Shown here piece after piece: positions 1-10,263 of a DNA stretch of 64,000 nucleotides. Where the stretch lies: assembly GCA_963678065.2 (NCBI GenBank), contig CAXXVZ010000002.1:384001-448000 (forward strand), read 5' to 3'. The first letter of the stretch is position 1, and each line of letters begins with the position of its first letter. The notes under the pieces are model-generated. The model was given only the letters and a program-made list of their open reading frames with translations. It did not search any database and was not told where the DNA came from. Made by a program: the position numbers and the translations under genes. Origin of the DNA: Treponemataceae bacterium. GTDB taxonomy: Bacteria > Spirochaetota > Spirochaetia > Treponematales > Rectinemataceae.

Positions 1-1
1 T

Positions 2-673
2 CCCTGTACGGCGATGGTTTTCGTCTGGTCGTACCTCTCCGGCGGAGATGCAGGGTATACCGTCGTTCAGGTTGCGGTAAATGATCTTGTCATCCTCGTC
101 GCCTTTGCCCCGATTGTCGCATTCCTTCTCAAGGTGGGGAACGTGAGCGTTCCGATGGATACGCTCCTCCTCTCGGTAGTCCTCTTTGTCGTGATTCCTC
201 TCGGACTCGGCGCGATTACCCGGACTTCTCTGATCAAGCGTCGCGGAAAAGAGTGGTTCGACAGCGTGTTCGTCAAGAAATTCGACGGGATCACCGAGGC
301 GGGGCTGCTCCTCACACTCGTCATCTTGTTCTCTTTTCAGGGGAAAACCATCCTTCAGAATCCTCTCGCCATCCTTCTTATTGCCGTGCCTCTCGTCATC
401 CAGACCTATCTGATTTTTGCCATTGGATATGGCTGGGCAAAGCTGTGGAAGGTGCCGTATGAAATCGCTGCCCCCGCCGGCATGATCGGCGCCTCGAACT
501 TCTTTGAACTTTCGGTGGCCGTGGCGATCAGTCTGTTCGGACTTACGTCCGGCGCGGCGCTTGCCACTGTGGTAGGTGTTCTTACGGAAGTCCCGGTCAT
601 GCTTTCGCTCGTGCGCATCGCGAAGGCTACACGGAGCAGTTTCCCCAAGGCGGTTCCGGTCAGATCCAGATAG
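2..673 (+). CDS. acr3: Acr3-family arsenite efflux transporter (5' end outside window)
   Basis: Frame from nt 2 reads PCTAMVFVW; also has [23 protein letters not shown] and [10 protein letters not shown], typical Acr3 motifs. Confidence 0.93.
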   Translation, partial: PCTAMVFVWSYLSGGDAGYTVVQVAVNDLVILVAFAPIVAFLLKVGNVSVPMDTLLLSVVLFVVIPLGLGAITRTSLIKRRGKEWFDSVFVKKFDGITEAGLLLTLVILFSFQGKTILQNPLAILLIAVPLVIQTYLIFAIGYGWAKLWKVPYEIAAPAGMIGASNFFELSVAVAISLFGLTSGAALATVVGVLTEVPVMLSLVRIAKATRSSFPKAVPVRSR

Positions 674-741
674 GCAGGCCCATGCCGGCTCCGGAGCATA
701 CCAGAAATCAGGGGATCTTTGGCACGGGAAAGAGGAGGTTG

Positions 742-1218
742 ATGATGTTGAACATTGACTTTTCAATTTTCACCGGAGCGGGATTCCGCATAAATGGAAT
801 CCTGCATGTAAGTCCATTCGAGGCTTACGCCTGCAGCGCCCGCGGTGCGGTGATCGTGGACCTGAGGGAACCATATGAAACCAATTTTCGCGTCTTCGAT
901 GTTGGAAACGTGATCTATCTCCCAATGAGTGAATTCCGATCCGGCTTCAGCAATCTTCCCCAGGATAAGGCACTTATCCTGGCCGATGCCGTTGGCCTGC
1001 GCAGCAAGGAAGCCATCCTGATTCTTCTCGACTTCGGGTATACAAATCTGGCAAACCTGAACGGGGGCATGGTGGACTGGGATACAGGCGGCCTGCCTGT
1101 ATGCAGGGACATCGCGTATGAACTCAATGGTCAATGCGCCTGCAAATTGAGGGCCCGAAAGGGCTCCAATCCGCTCAAAGACAAACATGAAAGTCCGTCA
1201 CACGAGGTAAACACATGA
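742..1218 (+). CDS. Rhodanese-like domain protein, active-site Cys replaced by Asp
   Basis: [15 protein letters not shown] (CxxGxRS position), [19 protein letters not shown] just upstream; exact start uncertain. Confidence 0.75.
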   Translation: MMLNIDFSIFTGAGFRINGILHVSPFEAYACSARGAVIVDLREPYETNFRVFDVGNVIYLPMSEFRSGFSNLPQDKALILADAVGLRSKEAILILLDFGYTNLANLNGGMVDWDTGGLPVCRDIAYELNGQCACKLRARKGSNPLKDKHESPSHEVNT

Positions 1219-1640
1219 TCAAAGTCCTGTTTCTGTGTGTCCACAATTCTGCTCGGAGCCAGATGGCAGAAGCTTTTCTCAAGAAGTTGGGAGGGAATCG
1301 CTTCGAAGTGGAGAGCGCAGGGCTCGAGCCCGGGAAGCTCAATCCGTATGTTGTCCGTGTCCTCGCTGAATCGGGAATCGACATTTCAGGCAATCAGACG
1401 AAGAGCGTTTTCGATTTTTCCCGTTCGGGGCGAGCGTACGATTATGTGATTACCGTCTGCTCGAAGGAGGCTGCGGAACGGTGCCCGATTTTCCCCGGTG
1501 CAGCAAAAAAACTGCACTGGTCTTTCGCCGATCCCTCTGTGTTTGCCGGAAGCGACGAAGAGATCATGGCGCAGGTGCGCGTGGTGAGGGATGAAATCAA
1601 GGCTGCTGTGGAGGAATTCTGTCATCCATACGGGTATTGA
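1215..1640 (+). CDS. arsC: Thioredoxin-coupled arsenate reductase (LMW-PTP fold)
   Basis: [17 protein letters not shown]-loop, ITVC and ERCP cysteines, HWSFADP; downstream of acr3. Confidence 0.93.
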   Translation: MIKVLFLCVHNSARSQMAEAFLKKLGGNRFEVESAGLEPGKLNPYVVRVLAESGIDISGNQTKSVFDFSRSGRAYDYVITVCSKEAAERCPIFPGAAKKLHWSFADPSVFAGSDEEIMAQVRVVRDEIKAAVEEFCHPYGY

Positions 1641-1675
1641 TCACAAATAAGGTGGCGGATGCACCGGATTGGCAA
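1332..1675 (+). repeat. 344-bp direct repeat, copy 1 (3' part of arsC plus 35 bp downstream)
   Basis: Matches 2425-2768 except two substitutions (ttc/tcc, ctg/cta). Confidence 0.95.
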
Positions 1676-1696
1676 AATGGCACAAGGAGGTAGTTC

Positions 1697-2371
1697 ATGG
1701 CGGTAATTACGATTTCGCGTGAGGCGGGTTGCAGTGGAAGTCAGATAGCAGAAAAAACCGCACGATTGCTCGGGTATCATCTGGCGGACCAGGAAACGTT
1801 CAGGGCTATACTTGACCAGTACGGGTTCGTCCAATTCAGGGAATTCAATGCTACTCCTCCCACATTCTGGTCACGGTTTGATGACCAGGCGAGCACGATG
1901 ATCTCTATAGTGAGCAAGGTAACCCTCGCGCTGGCTCAGCACGGAAATATTGTGATCCTTGGTCGATGCGGCTACTCTGTCCTTTCCGGATATAGCGATG
2001 TATTGAATGTTCGCATTCAGGCACCTTTCCGGTACCGGGTAATGAAATACATGGAACAACGAGGGATAGCCGAATATGAGGAGGCCGAAAAAGCCATAAC
2101 GGACGGTGACAAGCTCCGAATATCCTACGTCGAAGCATTTTGTAAAACAAAATGGGACTCCGCCAAAGCTTTCGATCTCGTACTGGACGAGAGCAAAATT
2201 CCCGAAGAAATGGCAGTAAATTGGATACTCGAAACAACAAAGAAAATTGTTTCGGATAAAGGCAAAAAAGAACCTTTGATCTCATCGGTCAACATCGACT
2301 CGGTAATGCAGTCAGCTGTCTGCGAAGTTCTGAAGTGCAGGGATCGTGGACATAAAGCTACTTTGCAATGA
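1697..2371 (+). CDS. Cytidylate kinase-like family protein
   Basis: N-terminal [38 protein letters not shown]. Confidence 0.85.
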   Translation: MAVITISREAGCSGSQIAEKTARLLGYHLADQETFRAILDQYGFVQFREFNATPPTFWSRFDDQASTMISIVSKVTLALAQHGNIVILGRCGYSVLSGYSDVLNVRIQAPFRYRVMKYMEQRGIAEYEEAEKAITDGDKLRISYVEAFCKTKWDSAKAFDLVLDESKIPEEMAVNWILETTKKIVSDKGKKEPLISSVNIDSVMQSAVCEVLKCRDRGHKATLQ

Positions 2372-2424
2372 TCCGCGGCCATAACGAGGTATATGTTGAC
2401 TGGAATGCACACATTTTTCACGCT

Positions 2425-2733
2425 GGGAAGCTCAATCCGTATGTTGTCCGTGTCCTCGCTGAATCGGGAATCGACATTTCAGGCAATCAGACGAAGAGCG
2501 TTTTCGATTTTTCCCGTTCGGGGCGAGCGTACGATTATGTGATTACCGTCTGCTCGAAGGAGGCTGCGGAACGGTGCCCGATTTCCCCCGGTGCAGCAAA
2601 AAAACTACACTGGTCTTTCGCCGATCCCTCTGTGTTTGCCGGAAGCGACGAAGAGATCATGGCGCAGGTGCGCGTGGTGAGGGATGAAATCAAGGCTGCT
2701 GTGGAGGAATTCTGTCATCCATACGGGTATTGA
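2425..2733 (+). pseudogene. arsC: 5'-truncated arsC duplicate
   Basis: GKLNPY...HPYGY as in arsC (one substitution, F to S) but lacks the catalytic CxxNxxR P-loop. Confidence 0.85.
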
Positions 2734-2768
2734 TCACAAATAAGGTGGCGGATGCACCGGATTGGCAA
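2425..2768 (+). repeat. 344-bp direct repeat, copy 2
   Basis: Near-identical to 1332-1675. Confidence 0.95.
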
Positions 2769-2852
2769 GCTGGCTCGTGGAGGCACTTCACGACAATAGT
2801 GAAACAAAGAATATTTACAGCTAAAGCCGGCTTTTTGAAACTTTCCCTTCCC

Positions 2853-3140
2853 AAAGAAAAAGGCAATTGTCCGCTCTGCAATAATCCCGGGGACCGGCAC
2901 GCAATTTCACCATTGGAAACATTGTAAAAAGTGAATTCACCGATTGCATAGGCGTGAATGGCGATCAATAAAAACATCGACGGATTCTTCGATGTGATAA
3001 AAGAAACCGGTGCGAAGAAAAACCCGGAATGCAAGAAAAACAATCCGCTTGGCACCTGTTGTCATGGCATCATAAAAGATGCAATAGAACAGGCAAAGCA
3101 GATGGGCCCGAACCTTGCAAATGACTCCACAATGGCTTAG
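2853..3140 (+). pseudogene. Decayed CopZ-N/BFD-like Zn/[2Fe-2S]-binding protein
   Basis: CPLCNNPG, then frameshifted FTIGNIVKSEF, then CKKNNPLGTCC; the central Cys motifs of this family are missing. Confidence 0.6.
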
Positions 3141-3154
3141 CTTCGGAATGAGGA

Positions 3155-4266
3155 GTGGCCAATAGGCAAAAATCACATCGCCTTCCTGTCATCGCGTTCA
3201 AGTTCATTCTCTTCGCCACCCTGACTTCGTGCATCTCGCTTCCGGCCTCCATGTATGCCGAATCGGGAAATCAAATAACAGCCGACGCGCCGGACAACGC
3301 GGCGGAGCCCCTCCTGGAAGCGACGTCGGGGAAGCGCATAACTGAATTCACGCTCGCCGCCGAAATGGAGTTGTTGTCTATCCCCATTCTGCGGACAAAA
3401 GTGAATACCGGCTTTCTGGAATCGCAGGGCTATGAAAAATGGCACAAGGAAGCGCCCCGCTGGGGTATGCCGTGTGGATGCCGGATTATCCGGGCATGGG
3501 AGATGCGCCGGGGATTCAGCCATGCTGCGATCCGGGAAGCCTCGCGCGTTCGACCCTGGATGGCCTGGCCGCGGCCAGATCCTACCTCGACTCGCAGGAT
3601 TCGTCGGGATATACGGAAAGCGGAAGGCTGTACGTCATAGGGTATTCGGAAGGCGGACTCGCCGCGATGGCGATCATACGCGCGATCGAAAGGCGCACAA
3701 GTTGGACTGAAGCGGGAGGATCGGCTCCACCGAGGAGACTTACGTTGATGGCTGAATACCCGATGGGTGCTCCATTGAACCTCAGCCTCGGTTTCGCGGA
3801 AAATCTGGCGAACGACAAGCCTGTGGAAAACCCGGCCTATGTCCTCCTTCTTTTCTCGGGATTCGCCCGGATTCATCCCCAATCCGTCATACTTGAAGAC
3901 ATCATCAGGGATGATGTCCGTTCGTCGATACTTCCGCTTCTCGGAGAGACAAAAAATGCAAACGAAATCAACCGGGATCTGGCCGCAGTGCTAAAGATTC
4001 CGCAGTGGGGAATTCGTGCCGCCGACATGCTCAAACCAGGATTCATCGCGGATCTTAAAAGCGATGCCCGGAACAACCGGGTCATGCGGGTCATCGAATC
4101 GGCGAGAATGGATCGGTGGGAACCCGAGCCCGGCATCCCGATGACGCTTGCAGCCAGTCGTCGGGACAAATTGGTTCTGCCGGAAAACTCCGAAGCGGAC
4201 GCGCGGAGTCCCGGCGCGCCCGTGCCACCCTCAAAAAAACCTTGGAATGCGGGTTTTCAGTTGTAG
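3155..4266 (+). pseudogene. Frameshifted/truncated secretory lipase-like alpha/beta hydrolase
   Basis: Lipoprotein-like signal (LFATLTSC) in one frame; PDYPGMG and GYSEGG nucleophile elbow in another; homology appears to end after DKLVLPENS with no catalytic His. Confidence 0.65.
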
Positions 4267-4296
4267 ATATTCACACGCGGCGCTCGGGGCGGAAGT

Positions 4297-5565
4297 CTAG
4301 ACAACTCCGCGAATCTTTCGCAGGGTCTCGGACCCCGCGAGCGCGGACAGCCCCGTCCCCGAAGCCAGGACAGCGTCCAGAAGCAGGGCGCAGTTGAGTT
4401 CGAAACGGGGGACGTGGAAGGCTCCCTTGTACTGGTTGCCCTTGACGTCGTTCGCCACCGATCCGTCCCTGCGGAGGTAACCGAACCACTCGCCGTGGAC
4501 GGGGTCGGGGAAGTGCCTCCAGGAGTAGTCGTGGAGGGTCTCGAACCAGCGCTCCCATCTGGCTTCCCCCGTCAGGGCCCAGGCGAAGAGGCATGCGTAG
4601 ACGGCTTCGGTGTGGGGCCACCAGTATTTCATGTCCCACTCGATCTGGGCCGGCGTCCTGCCCTCCAGGTCGACGAAGGAGAAGAGGCCGCCGCATTCGG
4701 GGTCCCAGCCGCGCGCGAGCGACCATTCGAGGATGGGCAGAGCCCGCGCCACCAGCGAGGGGTCGTTCCGCCTGCGCCCCTCCTCCATGATGAACCAGGC
4801 GGTCTCGATGGCGTGCCCCGGGTTGATGCAGCGCCCCTCGCTGCCCTCGGCGATCGAGCCGTCGGCGTTGACCGTTTCAAGAAGGGCCCGCAGTCCGGGT
4901 TTGACGAAGTACCGGAAGAGCTCGTCGATCTGCGCGTCGATACGCGCGGTGTAGGAATCGGCGCGCTCCGGATCGCAGTCGCGCAGGATCTGGAGCACAT
5001 TGATGAGGATCATCGTCCCGGAATGCCCGCGCAGCTGTCTCGTGGCGGGATCGATTTTAGGCTCAAGCCGGCCCTGGTTCGCCTCGAAGACTGCGAGCGT
5101 GTCGAGTGCGCACCGGAGCCAGGCGGGATCCCCTGTAGCACTGTCCCCCGCGGACTTGTCGCCCGCGACTTTCGAGTACTGGGCCATGCCGATGATCGCG
5201 AAGGTCTCGGTGAAGAGGTAGCGCCGGAGCACGAGGGGCGCGCCCTCGCGGGTCAGCTCGAAGTAGCCCCTGCCGCCGGGACCGGCGAGGACCTTGTCGC
5301 GCACGAAACGCGCGCAGCTGCCCGCGGCCTCCAGCCATTCCGGGCGCGGGCCGAGGGCCTCGATGAGCCGGGACAGAACCCAGGCGAAGCGCCCCTGTAT
5401 CCAGCCGCTCTTGTCGGTGGAGAAGGGCAGCCCTTCCCGGTCCAGGGAATTCAAAAGCCCCCCGCATTCCTTGTCCATTCCCTTATTGATCCAGAATGGG
5501 ATGGTGTCGGAGACGAGCTCCCTGAGATAGAAATCCCGCAATTCGGACAATCGCGTCTGTGTCAT
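4297..5565 (-). CDS. N-acylglucosamine 2-epimerase (AGE) family
   Basis: TDKSGWIQGR, NPGHAIETAWF, KYWWPHTEA, KGAFHVPR; start MTQTRL. Confidence 0.9.
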   Translation of the reverse strand: MTQTRLSELRDFYLRELVSDTIPFWINKGMDKECGGLLNSLDREGLPFSTDKSGWIQGRFAWVLSRLIEALGPRPEWLEAAGSCARFVRDKVLAGPGGRGYFELTREGAPLVLRRYLFTETFAIIGMAQYSKVAGDKSAGDSATGDPAWLRCALDTLAVFEANQGRLEPKIDPATRQLRGHSGTMILINVLQILRDCDPERADSYTARIDAQIDELFRYFVKPGLRALLETVNADGSIAEGSEGRCINPGHAIETAWFIMEEGRRRNDPSLVARALPILEWSLARGWDPECGGLFSFVDLEGRTPAQIEWDMKYWWPHTEAVYACLFAWALTGEARWERWFETLHDYSWRHFPDPVHGEWFGYLRRDGSVANDVKGNQYKGAFHVPRFELNCALLLDAVLASGTGLSALAGSETLRKIRGVV

Positions 5566-5612
5566 GGTTCTTCCTGTTTGTAGTGATGCCGGATTCTCGG
5601 GCAGAGGCGGCT

Positions 5613-6272
5613 TTAGAGGGCGAATTCGACGAACAGTTTCCGCTTTCCGCTCCGGAGGTGATCCCGGATGATGTTTTCCACCTTGTCCGCGTCGTCCGAG
5701 ATCAGCTTTCCGAGCAGCTCGCAGTGGCTCTGGTTTTCGCGCTCCACGTCGGAGGAGTAGATGTCGGCGGCGACGCGGTGCATGTTGTAGAAGGTGCCGA
5801 GCCGGATAACCCGGTCGAATTCGTCCATCAGCGTCCTGCACCGGGACAGGGATACGAGGGCTCCGTGAAAAACGATCTCTTCGCGCCAGTGCTTCACGGC
5901 GTCGGAGGCCGACTCGTCGACCCGCACCGCCAGAACCATCAGCCGGTCGAACTCCTCGCGGATCGGGCGCCCGAAATACATGCGCGCGGCCTGGCATTCG
6001 ATGGCTTCGCGCATGATGAGCTGTTCGTAGACATCCTCTTTCCGGATGGGCTTCACGATAGTGCCCTTGCGGGGGAGAGTTTCGACGTAGCCCTCCATCT
6101 CGAGGTAAATGAAGGCTTCGAGGACCGGAGCCACGCTGACGCCAAGGTCTTTTGCGACAGCGCGTCTGTTGATGACGTGACCGGGCACAAGTTCCTTGTT
6201 TATGAACTTGCTGATGAGTTTTTCGTAGACCTCATCCACGCGCGAGGTTTTGCCCTCTTTCTTCGGATCCAT
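5613..6272 (-). CDS. GntR-family regulator (FCD domain)
   Basis: LGVSVAPVLEAF...LPRKGTIV winged HTH; REAIE and FHGAL. Confidence 0.88.
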   Translation of the reverse strand: MDPKKEGKTSRVDEVYEKLISKFINKELVPGHVINRRAVAKDLGVSVAPVLEAFIYLEMEGYVETLPRKGTIVKPIRKEDVYEQLIMREAIECQAARMYFGRPIREEFDRLMVLAVRVDESASDAVKHWREEIVFHGALVSLSRCRTLMDEFDRVIRLGTFYNMHRVAADIYSSDVERENQSHCELLGKLISDDADKVENIIRDHLRSGKRKLFVEFAL

Positions 6273-6285
6273 GGTTTTCTCCGCC

Positions 6286-7299
6286 TTATGATAGTGCCCA
6301 ATCCGGCGCTTCCTTCGCAAGCCATGTCTTGAAGCCTTCGAAAACGGCGGGACTCGCTCCCCGGTAGGGCGAAAGCATGTCCAGCGGGAACTCCGGGTCG
6401 GCGAGGCGTGCGTAGAGTTTGTCGAAAGCGCCGTCCATGTGACCGTGCTCCTGTGCCACCGAGTCGAGGACCCGGGCGCGGATACCGTAGAGCTCGCGGG
6501 TCATCCGCCGCAGCGCTTCGGTATTTCCGCGCTGCCCCGCATCGAAAAACTCCCGGCACCGGGCGGGATGGATGGAGCTGACCGACACCAGAAGCCCGCA
6601 TTCGCCGCCGAAGAGGCAGGCCGCGGCGTAGTCGAGCTCGGTCACGAAGTGGCAGAGTTCCGGCGCTCCGTTCAGCAGGCTCATGAGCGAGGCCACCGTG
6701 TGTCCGCCGGATTTCGTGGCGACGAGGTTGGGGTACTCTGCCGACAGGCGGGCGTACTCTCCGCCCGTCAGCACGCGGCCCGAGCGCCCGGTGTTGTAGT
6801 GGAGAAATCGCGCCTGGGGATACTGGCCGAGAATGTCGCGGAAGAAGCGCGCGATTTCCTGGTCGGTCAGGGCCCCCCAGCTCGGGAAGGATATCTGGAA
6901 ATCGTAAAAGCCGATCGCGAGCCCCGCCTCGATCCGTTCCCTGATCTGGGCTACGGACAAGCCGATGACACCGAGCTGGCACAATCCGTCCGCGGGGCCG
7001 CAAGCGGTAGTTCCAGCTGTGCCGTCAGCTTTGCTGCTGCCGGTGGCGGCTCCGACGGCAGCGGAGCCAGCTTCGGGGCCGACAGCGCGCATCTCGTCGA
7101 AAAAAACCGCGGCGATCTTCCCGTAGACGGCGTCCGTGACCGCATAGCCTTCGCCCGCGGTTCCGAAAATGTACAGATTGTCGAACCCGCCCCGCCGGAG
7201 ACAGCGCACCTGATTCCGGAAGACCGCTTCGAGAAACTCTCCTCTGTCGCTCCAGGGCAGGCAGACTGTCGCCAACCGGCGGGGCTCGATCCGTTTCAT
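6286..7299 (-). CDS. DHDPS/NAL-family aldolase-like protein
   Basis: FGTAGEG, LHYN, ATKSG Schiff-base Lys; TGATG coupling to the upstream gene. Confidence 0.8.
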   Translation of the reverse strand: MKRIEPRRLATVCLPWSDRGEFLEAVFRNQVRCLRRGGFDNLYIFGTAGEGYAVTDAVYGKIAAVFFDEMRAVGPEAGSAAVGAATGSSKADGTAGTTACGPADGLCQLGVIGLSVAQIRERIEAGLAIGFYDFQISFPSWGALTDQEIARFFRDILGQYPQARFLHYNTGRSGRVLTGGEYARLSAEYPNLVATKSGGHTVASLMSLLNGAPELCHFVTELDYAAACLFGGECGLLVSVSSIHPARCREFFDAGQRGNTEALRRMTRELYGIRARVLDSVAQEHGHMDGAFDKLYARLADPEFPLDMLSPYRGASPAVFEGFKTWLAKEAPDWALS

Positions 7300-8225
7300 C
7301 ACAGCGCGTCGAGCACGGCCACACCCGTGATACCGTGCGAATCGCGGATCGCGCGCAAGCCTTCCCTGACGACCGCCATCTGTTCGGGACTGTTGTTGGC
7401 TATCGGCTTCCTGCAATATCCGGCGTCGACGCCGATCCACGAGAGGGATCGCTTCATGATGGAGAAATAATTGTGCTCGAGGGAATACAGGATGACGGCG
7501 TTGGCTTGCCTCTGCATCTCCTTCGCAGTCGCCATGTCCCCTGCGCGCACCGCGGCGTAGAGGCGGATGAAAAGTTCGGGGATCATGTTGTAGAAGGAGC
7601 CGATTATGCCATCCGCTCCGAATTCCAGCCCCGACATGGCCATCTCGTCGGCCCCGGAGTACACTTTGAAATCAGCGCCGATCTCTTCCTTGATGCGCAT
7701 GATCTCGAAATGGGTGGCCGCGGTGTATTTTATTCCCTTCACCCCGTCGATGCCGGCGAGCTTCTTTATCAGGCCATAGCCGACGAGGCCCGCGAGCGGC
7801 ACATTGTAGACGATCATCGGGAGCGAGACCGCGTCGCAGATGTCCGCGTAATAGCCCTGAATGTCGGCGTCGGAATATTTCCAGTAAATGGGCGGAACGG
7901 AGGATATCGCGTCGGCGCCCGCGCCTTGAGCGTGTTTCGCGAGTTCGACGCTGAGCTTCGTGCTGATCGCCCCGACGTGGACCATGAGGGGGACGGCGCC
8001 TTTCACCTCGTCGACCACCGTTTCGACGACGCGCTTGCGCTCGTCGGGCGTCATCATGAAGGATTCGCCGGTGCTGCCCGTGAGGTAGAAGCCGTCCACT
8101 TTTCTGTCGAGGAGCGTGCGGACGACTGCGCGCTGGCGCTTCTCGTCGTACTCCCCGTCTTCGTCGAAGCAGCTTATCAGCGCGGGAATGACTCCCTTGA
8201 AATCCGCGAGGGAAAATTTGCTCAT
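7299..8225 (-). CDS. nanA: N-acetylneuraminate lyase-like (DHDPS family)
   Basis: GSTGES, ISSVPPIY, VYNVP, GIKYT, SGADEM, GIIGSFYN; AGE in same operon. Confidence 0.75.
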   Translation of the reverse strand: MSKFSLADFKGVIPALISCFDEDGEYDEKRQRAVVRTLLDRKVDGFYLTGSTGESFMMTPDERKRVVETVVDEVKGAVPLMVHVGAISTKLSVELAKHAQGAGADAISSVPPIYWKYSDADIQGYYADICDAVSLPMIVYNVPLAGLVGYGLIKKLAGIDGVKGIKYTAATHFEIMRIKEEIGADFKVYSGADEMAMSGLEFGADGIIGSFYNMIPELFIRLYAAVRAGDMATAKEMQRQANAVILYSLEHNYFSIMKRSLSWIGVDAGYCRKPIANNSPEQMAVVREGLRAIRDSHGITGVAVLDAL

Positions 8226-9256
8226 ATGGTTTCTCCTTTCATTCGTGACGATTCCGGCTCCATGTCCATGAGATGACAGGCGACATGGTGTCGCTTGCCG
8301 CGTATCGTGTACTGCGTGAGCGCAGGCTTGTGCCTCCGGCATATGTCCATGACCTGGGCGCAGCGCGGATGGAAGGGGCAGCCTGCGGGCGGGTTGATCG
8401 GGTTGGGAACATCGCCCTCCAGTATGATCCTCGCCGCTTTGTGGTCGAGATCGGCCACGGGAATCGCGGAGAGGAGCGCGCGCGTGTAGGGGTGCGAGGC
8501 ATCCGCGTAGAGGTCCTCCGAGTCCGCGAGCTCGACAATGTGGCCGAGATACATGACGGCGATCCTGTCGCTTATGTATTCGACGACGGAGAGATCGTGC
8601 GTGATGAAGATGTAGGTCAGTCCGCGTTCCTTCTTCAGCTTCATCAGGAGGTTCAGCACCTGGGCGCGGATCGACACGTCCAGGGCGCTCACCGCCTCGT
8701 CGCAGACGACCAACTCCGGGTTCACGCACAGGGCGCGGGCGATTCCGATACGCTGCCGTTGCCCGCCCGAAAACTCGTTCGGATAGCGGTCCATGTATTC
8801 GGGCCTCATGTTGACGGCCTCGAGCAGGTCGCCGATGATCGCGCGCCGCTGGGCGTATTTTTTCACGCCGAATTTTTTCAAAGGGTCGCTCAGCGAGCCC
8901 ATGATGGTAAAAGAGGGATTCAGCGACGAGTACGGGTCCTGGAAAACGATCTGCATCTTCTTGCGCGCGGCCATCATGTCTTTTGCGGACAATGTGCACA
9001 GATCCTTTTTCACGCCGTCGAAATCATAGACGATGCTTCCCGCGCTGGCTTTGACGAGCTGGAGAATGGTCTTTCCGAGAGTTGTTTTCCCGCAGCCGGA
9101 TTCGCCCACGAGGCCTATCGTCTCGCCCCGGAATATGTCGAGGTCCACGCCGTCCACAGCCTTCACCTGGCCGACCACCCGCTTCAGTATCCCTTTTTTT
9201 ACGGGGAAGTGCGTCTTGACGCCCCGGAGGGAGAGGAGAACTTCCTTATTTTCCAT
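8222..9256 (-). CDS. Peptide/nickel-type ABC ATP-binding subunit (OppF-like)
   Basis: GESGCGKT, FSGGQRQR, HPYT, GCPFHPRC. Confidence 0.92.
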   Translation of the reverse strand: MENKEVLLSLRGVKTHFPVKKGILKRVVGQVKAVDGVDLDIFRGETIGLVGESGCGKTTLGKTILQLVKASAGSIVYDFDGVKKDLCTLSAKDMMAARKKMQIVFQDPYSSLNPSFTIMGSLSDPLKKFGVKKYAQRRAIIGDLLEAVNMRPEYMDRYPNEFSGGQRQRIGIARALCVNPELVVCDEAVSALDVSIRAQVLNLLMKLKKERGLTYIFITHDLSVVEYISDRIAVMYLGHIVELADSEDLYADASHPYTRALLSAIPVADLDHKAARIILEGDVPNPINPPAGCPFHPRCAQVMDICRRHKPALTQYTIRGKRHHVACHLMDMEPESSRMKGETI

Positions 9257-10259
9257 ATGCCGCCCTTGCCGCCGCGTAGTTCCAGCACCGCACCCGGTGC
9301 GTCGCGTCGATCCAGGTCTCCGGGGGCATCCGGGCAGCGCATTCGTCGCTGCAGTAATCGCAGCGCGGCGCAAACTGGCAGCCTTTGGGTCTGTCGTAGG
9401 CATCCGGCGTCGCCCCCCGTATGGGATCGATGATCTGATGCTTCCCCCGCCCGAGGACGGGGATGGAGCGGAGCAGAGCCTGCGTGTAAGGGTGGACGGG
9501 CGTCCGCAGGATGTCGGATACCGTCCCGCCTTCCACGATATTGCCCATATACATGACGATGACATCGTCGGCCAGCTCCGTGACGACGCCCATGTCGTGC
9601 GTTATCAACATGATCGCGGTGCCGTGTTTTTCCTTGAGCGTCGCCATGAGGCTGAAAACCTGGGCCTGCGTCGTCACATCGAGCGCCGTGGTCGGCTCGT
9701 CCGCGATCAGGATTTTCGGATCGCAGGCCATGGCCATGGCTATCATCGCGCGCTGGCGCATGCCGCCCGAAAACTGGTGCGGATACTCGTCGATCCGCTG
9801 CCCCGGGAGGGGAATGCCCATGTCGGTCAGGAGAGAGACAGCTTTCGTCCTCCGCGCCTCGCGATTCATCGTCGTGTGGTAGATCAGGTTTTCGCTTATC
9901 TGGAATCCGATCGTGTACACCGGATTGAGGGCCGTCATGGGGTCCTGGAAAATCATCGCGATATCGGCCCCGCGCAAACTTCGCATTTCCGCTCCGTTCC
10001 GCTCGAGCCGGTCGATGCGTATATCGCCGCCATCGGCGTGGTACAGGATTTCGCCGCCCTCTATCCGCGCGAAACCCGGAAGCAGCTGCATGATGGAGGC
10101 CGCGGTGACGCTCTTGCCGCACCCTGACTCCCCGACGACGCAGAGCGTTTTGCCGCGTTTGATCGAAAACGACACGTCGTTCACGGCCTTGTTGCAGCGG
10201 TTGTTGTTGTAGAAGAAGGTCTTGAGGTTCTTCACGGTTATCAGCGTGTCGTCGTTCAT
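9246..10259 (-). CDS. Peptide/nickel-type ABC ATP-binding subunit (OppD-like)
   Basis: GESGCGKS, FQDPMTALNP, FSGGMRQR, DEPTTALD. Confidence 0.93.
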   Translation of the reverse strand: MNDDTLITVKNLKTFFYNNNRCNKAVNDVSFSIKRGKTLCVVGESGCGKSVTAASIMQLLPGFARIEGGEILYHADGGDIRIDRLERNGAEMRSLRGADIAMIFQDPMTALNPVYTIGFQISENLIYHTTMNREARRTKAVSLLTDMGIPLPGQRIDEYPHQFSGGMRQRAMIAMAMACDPKILIADEPTTALDVTTQAQVFSLMATLKEKHGTAIMLITHDMGVVTELADDVIVMYMGNIVEGGTVSDILRTPVHPYTQALLRSIPVLGRGKHQIIDPIRGATPDAYDRPKGCQFAPRCDYCSDECAARMPPETWIDATHRVRCWNYAAARAAYGK

Positions 10260-10263
10260 ATGG

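Noticed and set aside
2368..2733. Second functional ArsC
   Set aside because: Chimeric N-terminus lacks the catalytic CxxNxxR loop
4297..5997. Long N-terminal extensions of track ORFs (also 7299..8999, 8222..9565, 12300..14504, 20179..21897, 53548..55104)
   Set aside because: They overlap upstream genes in other frames, an artefact of stop-codon scarcity at high GC; internal starts with RBS or coupling fit better
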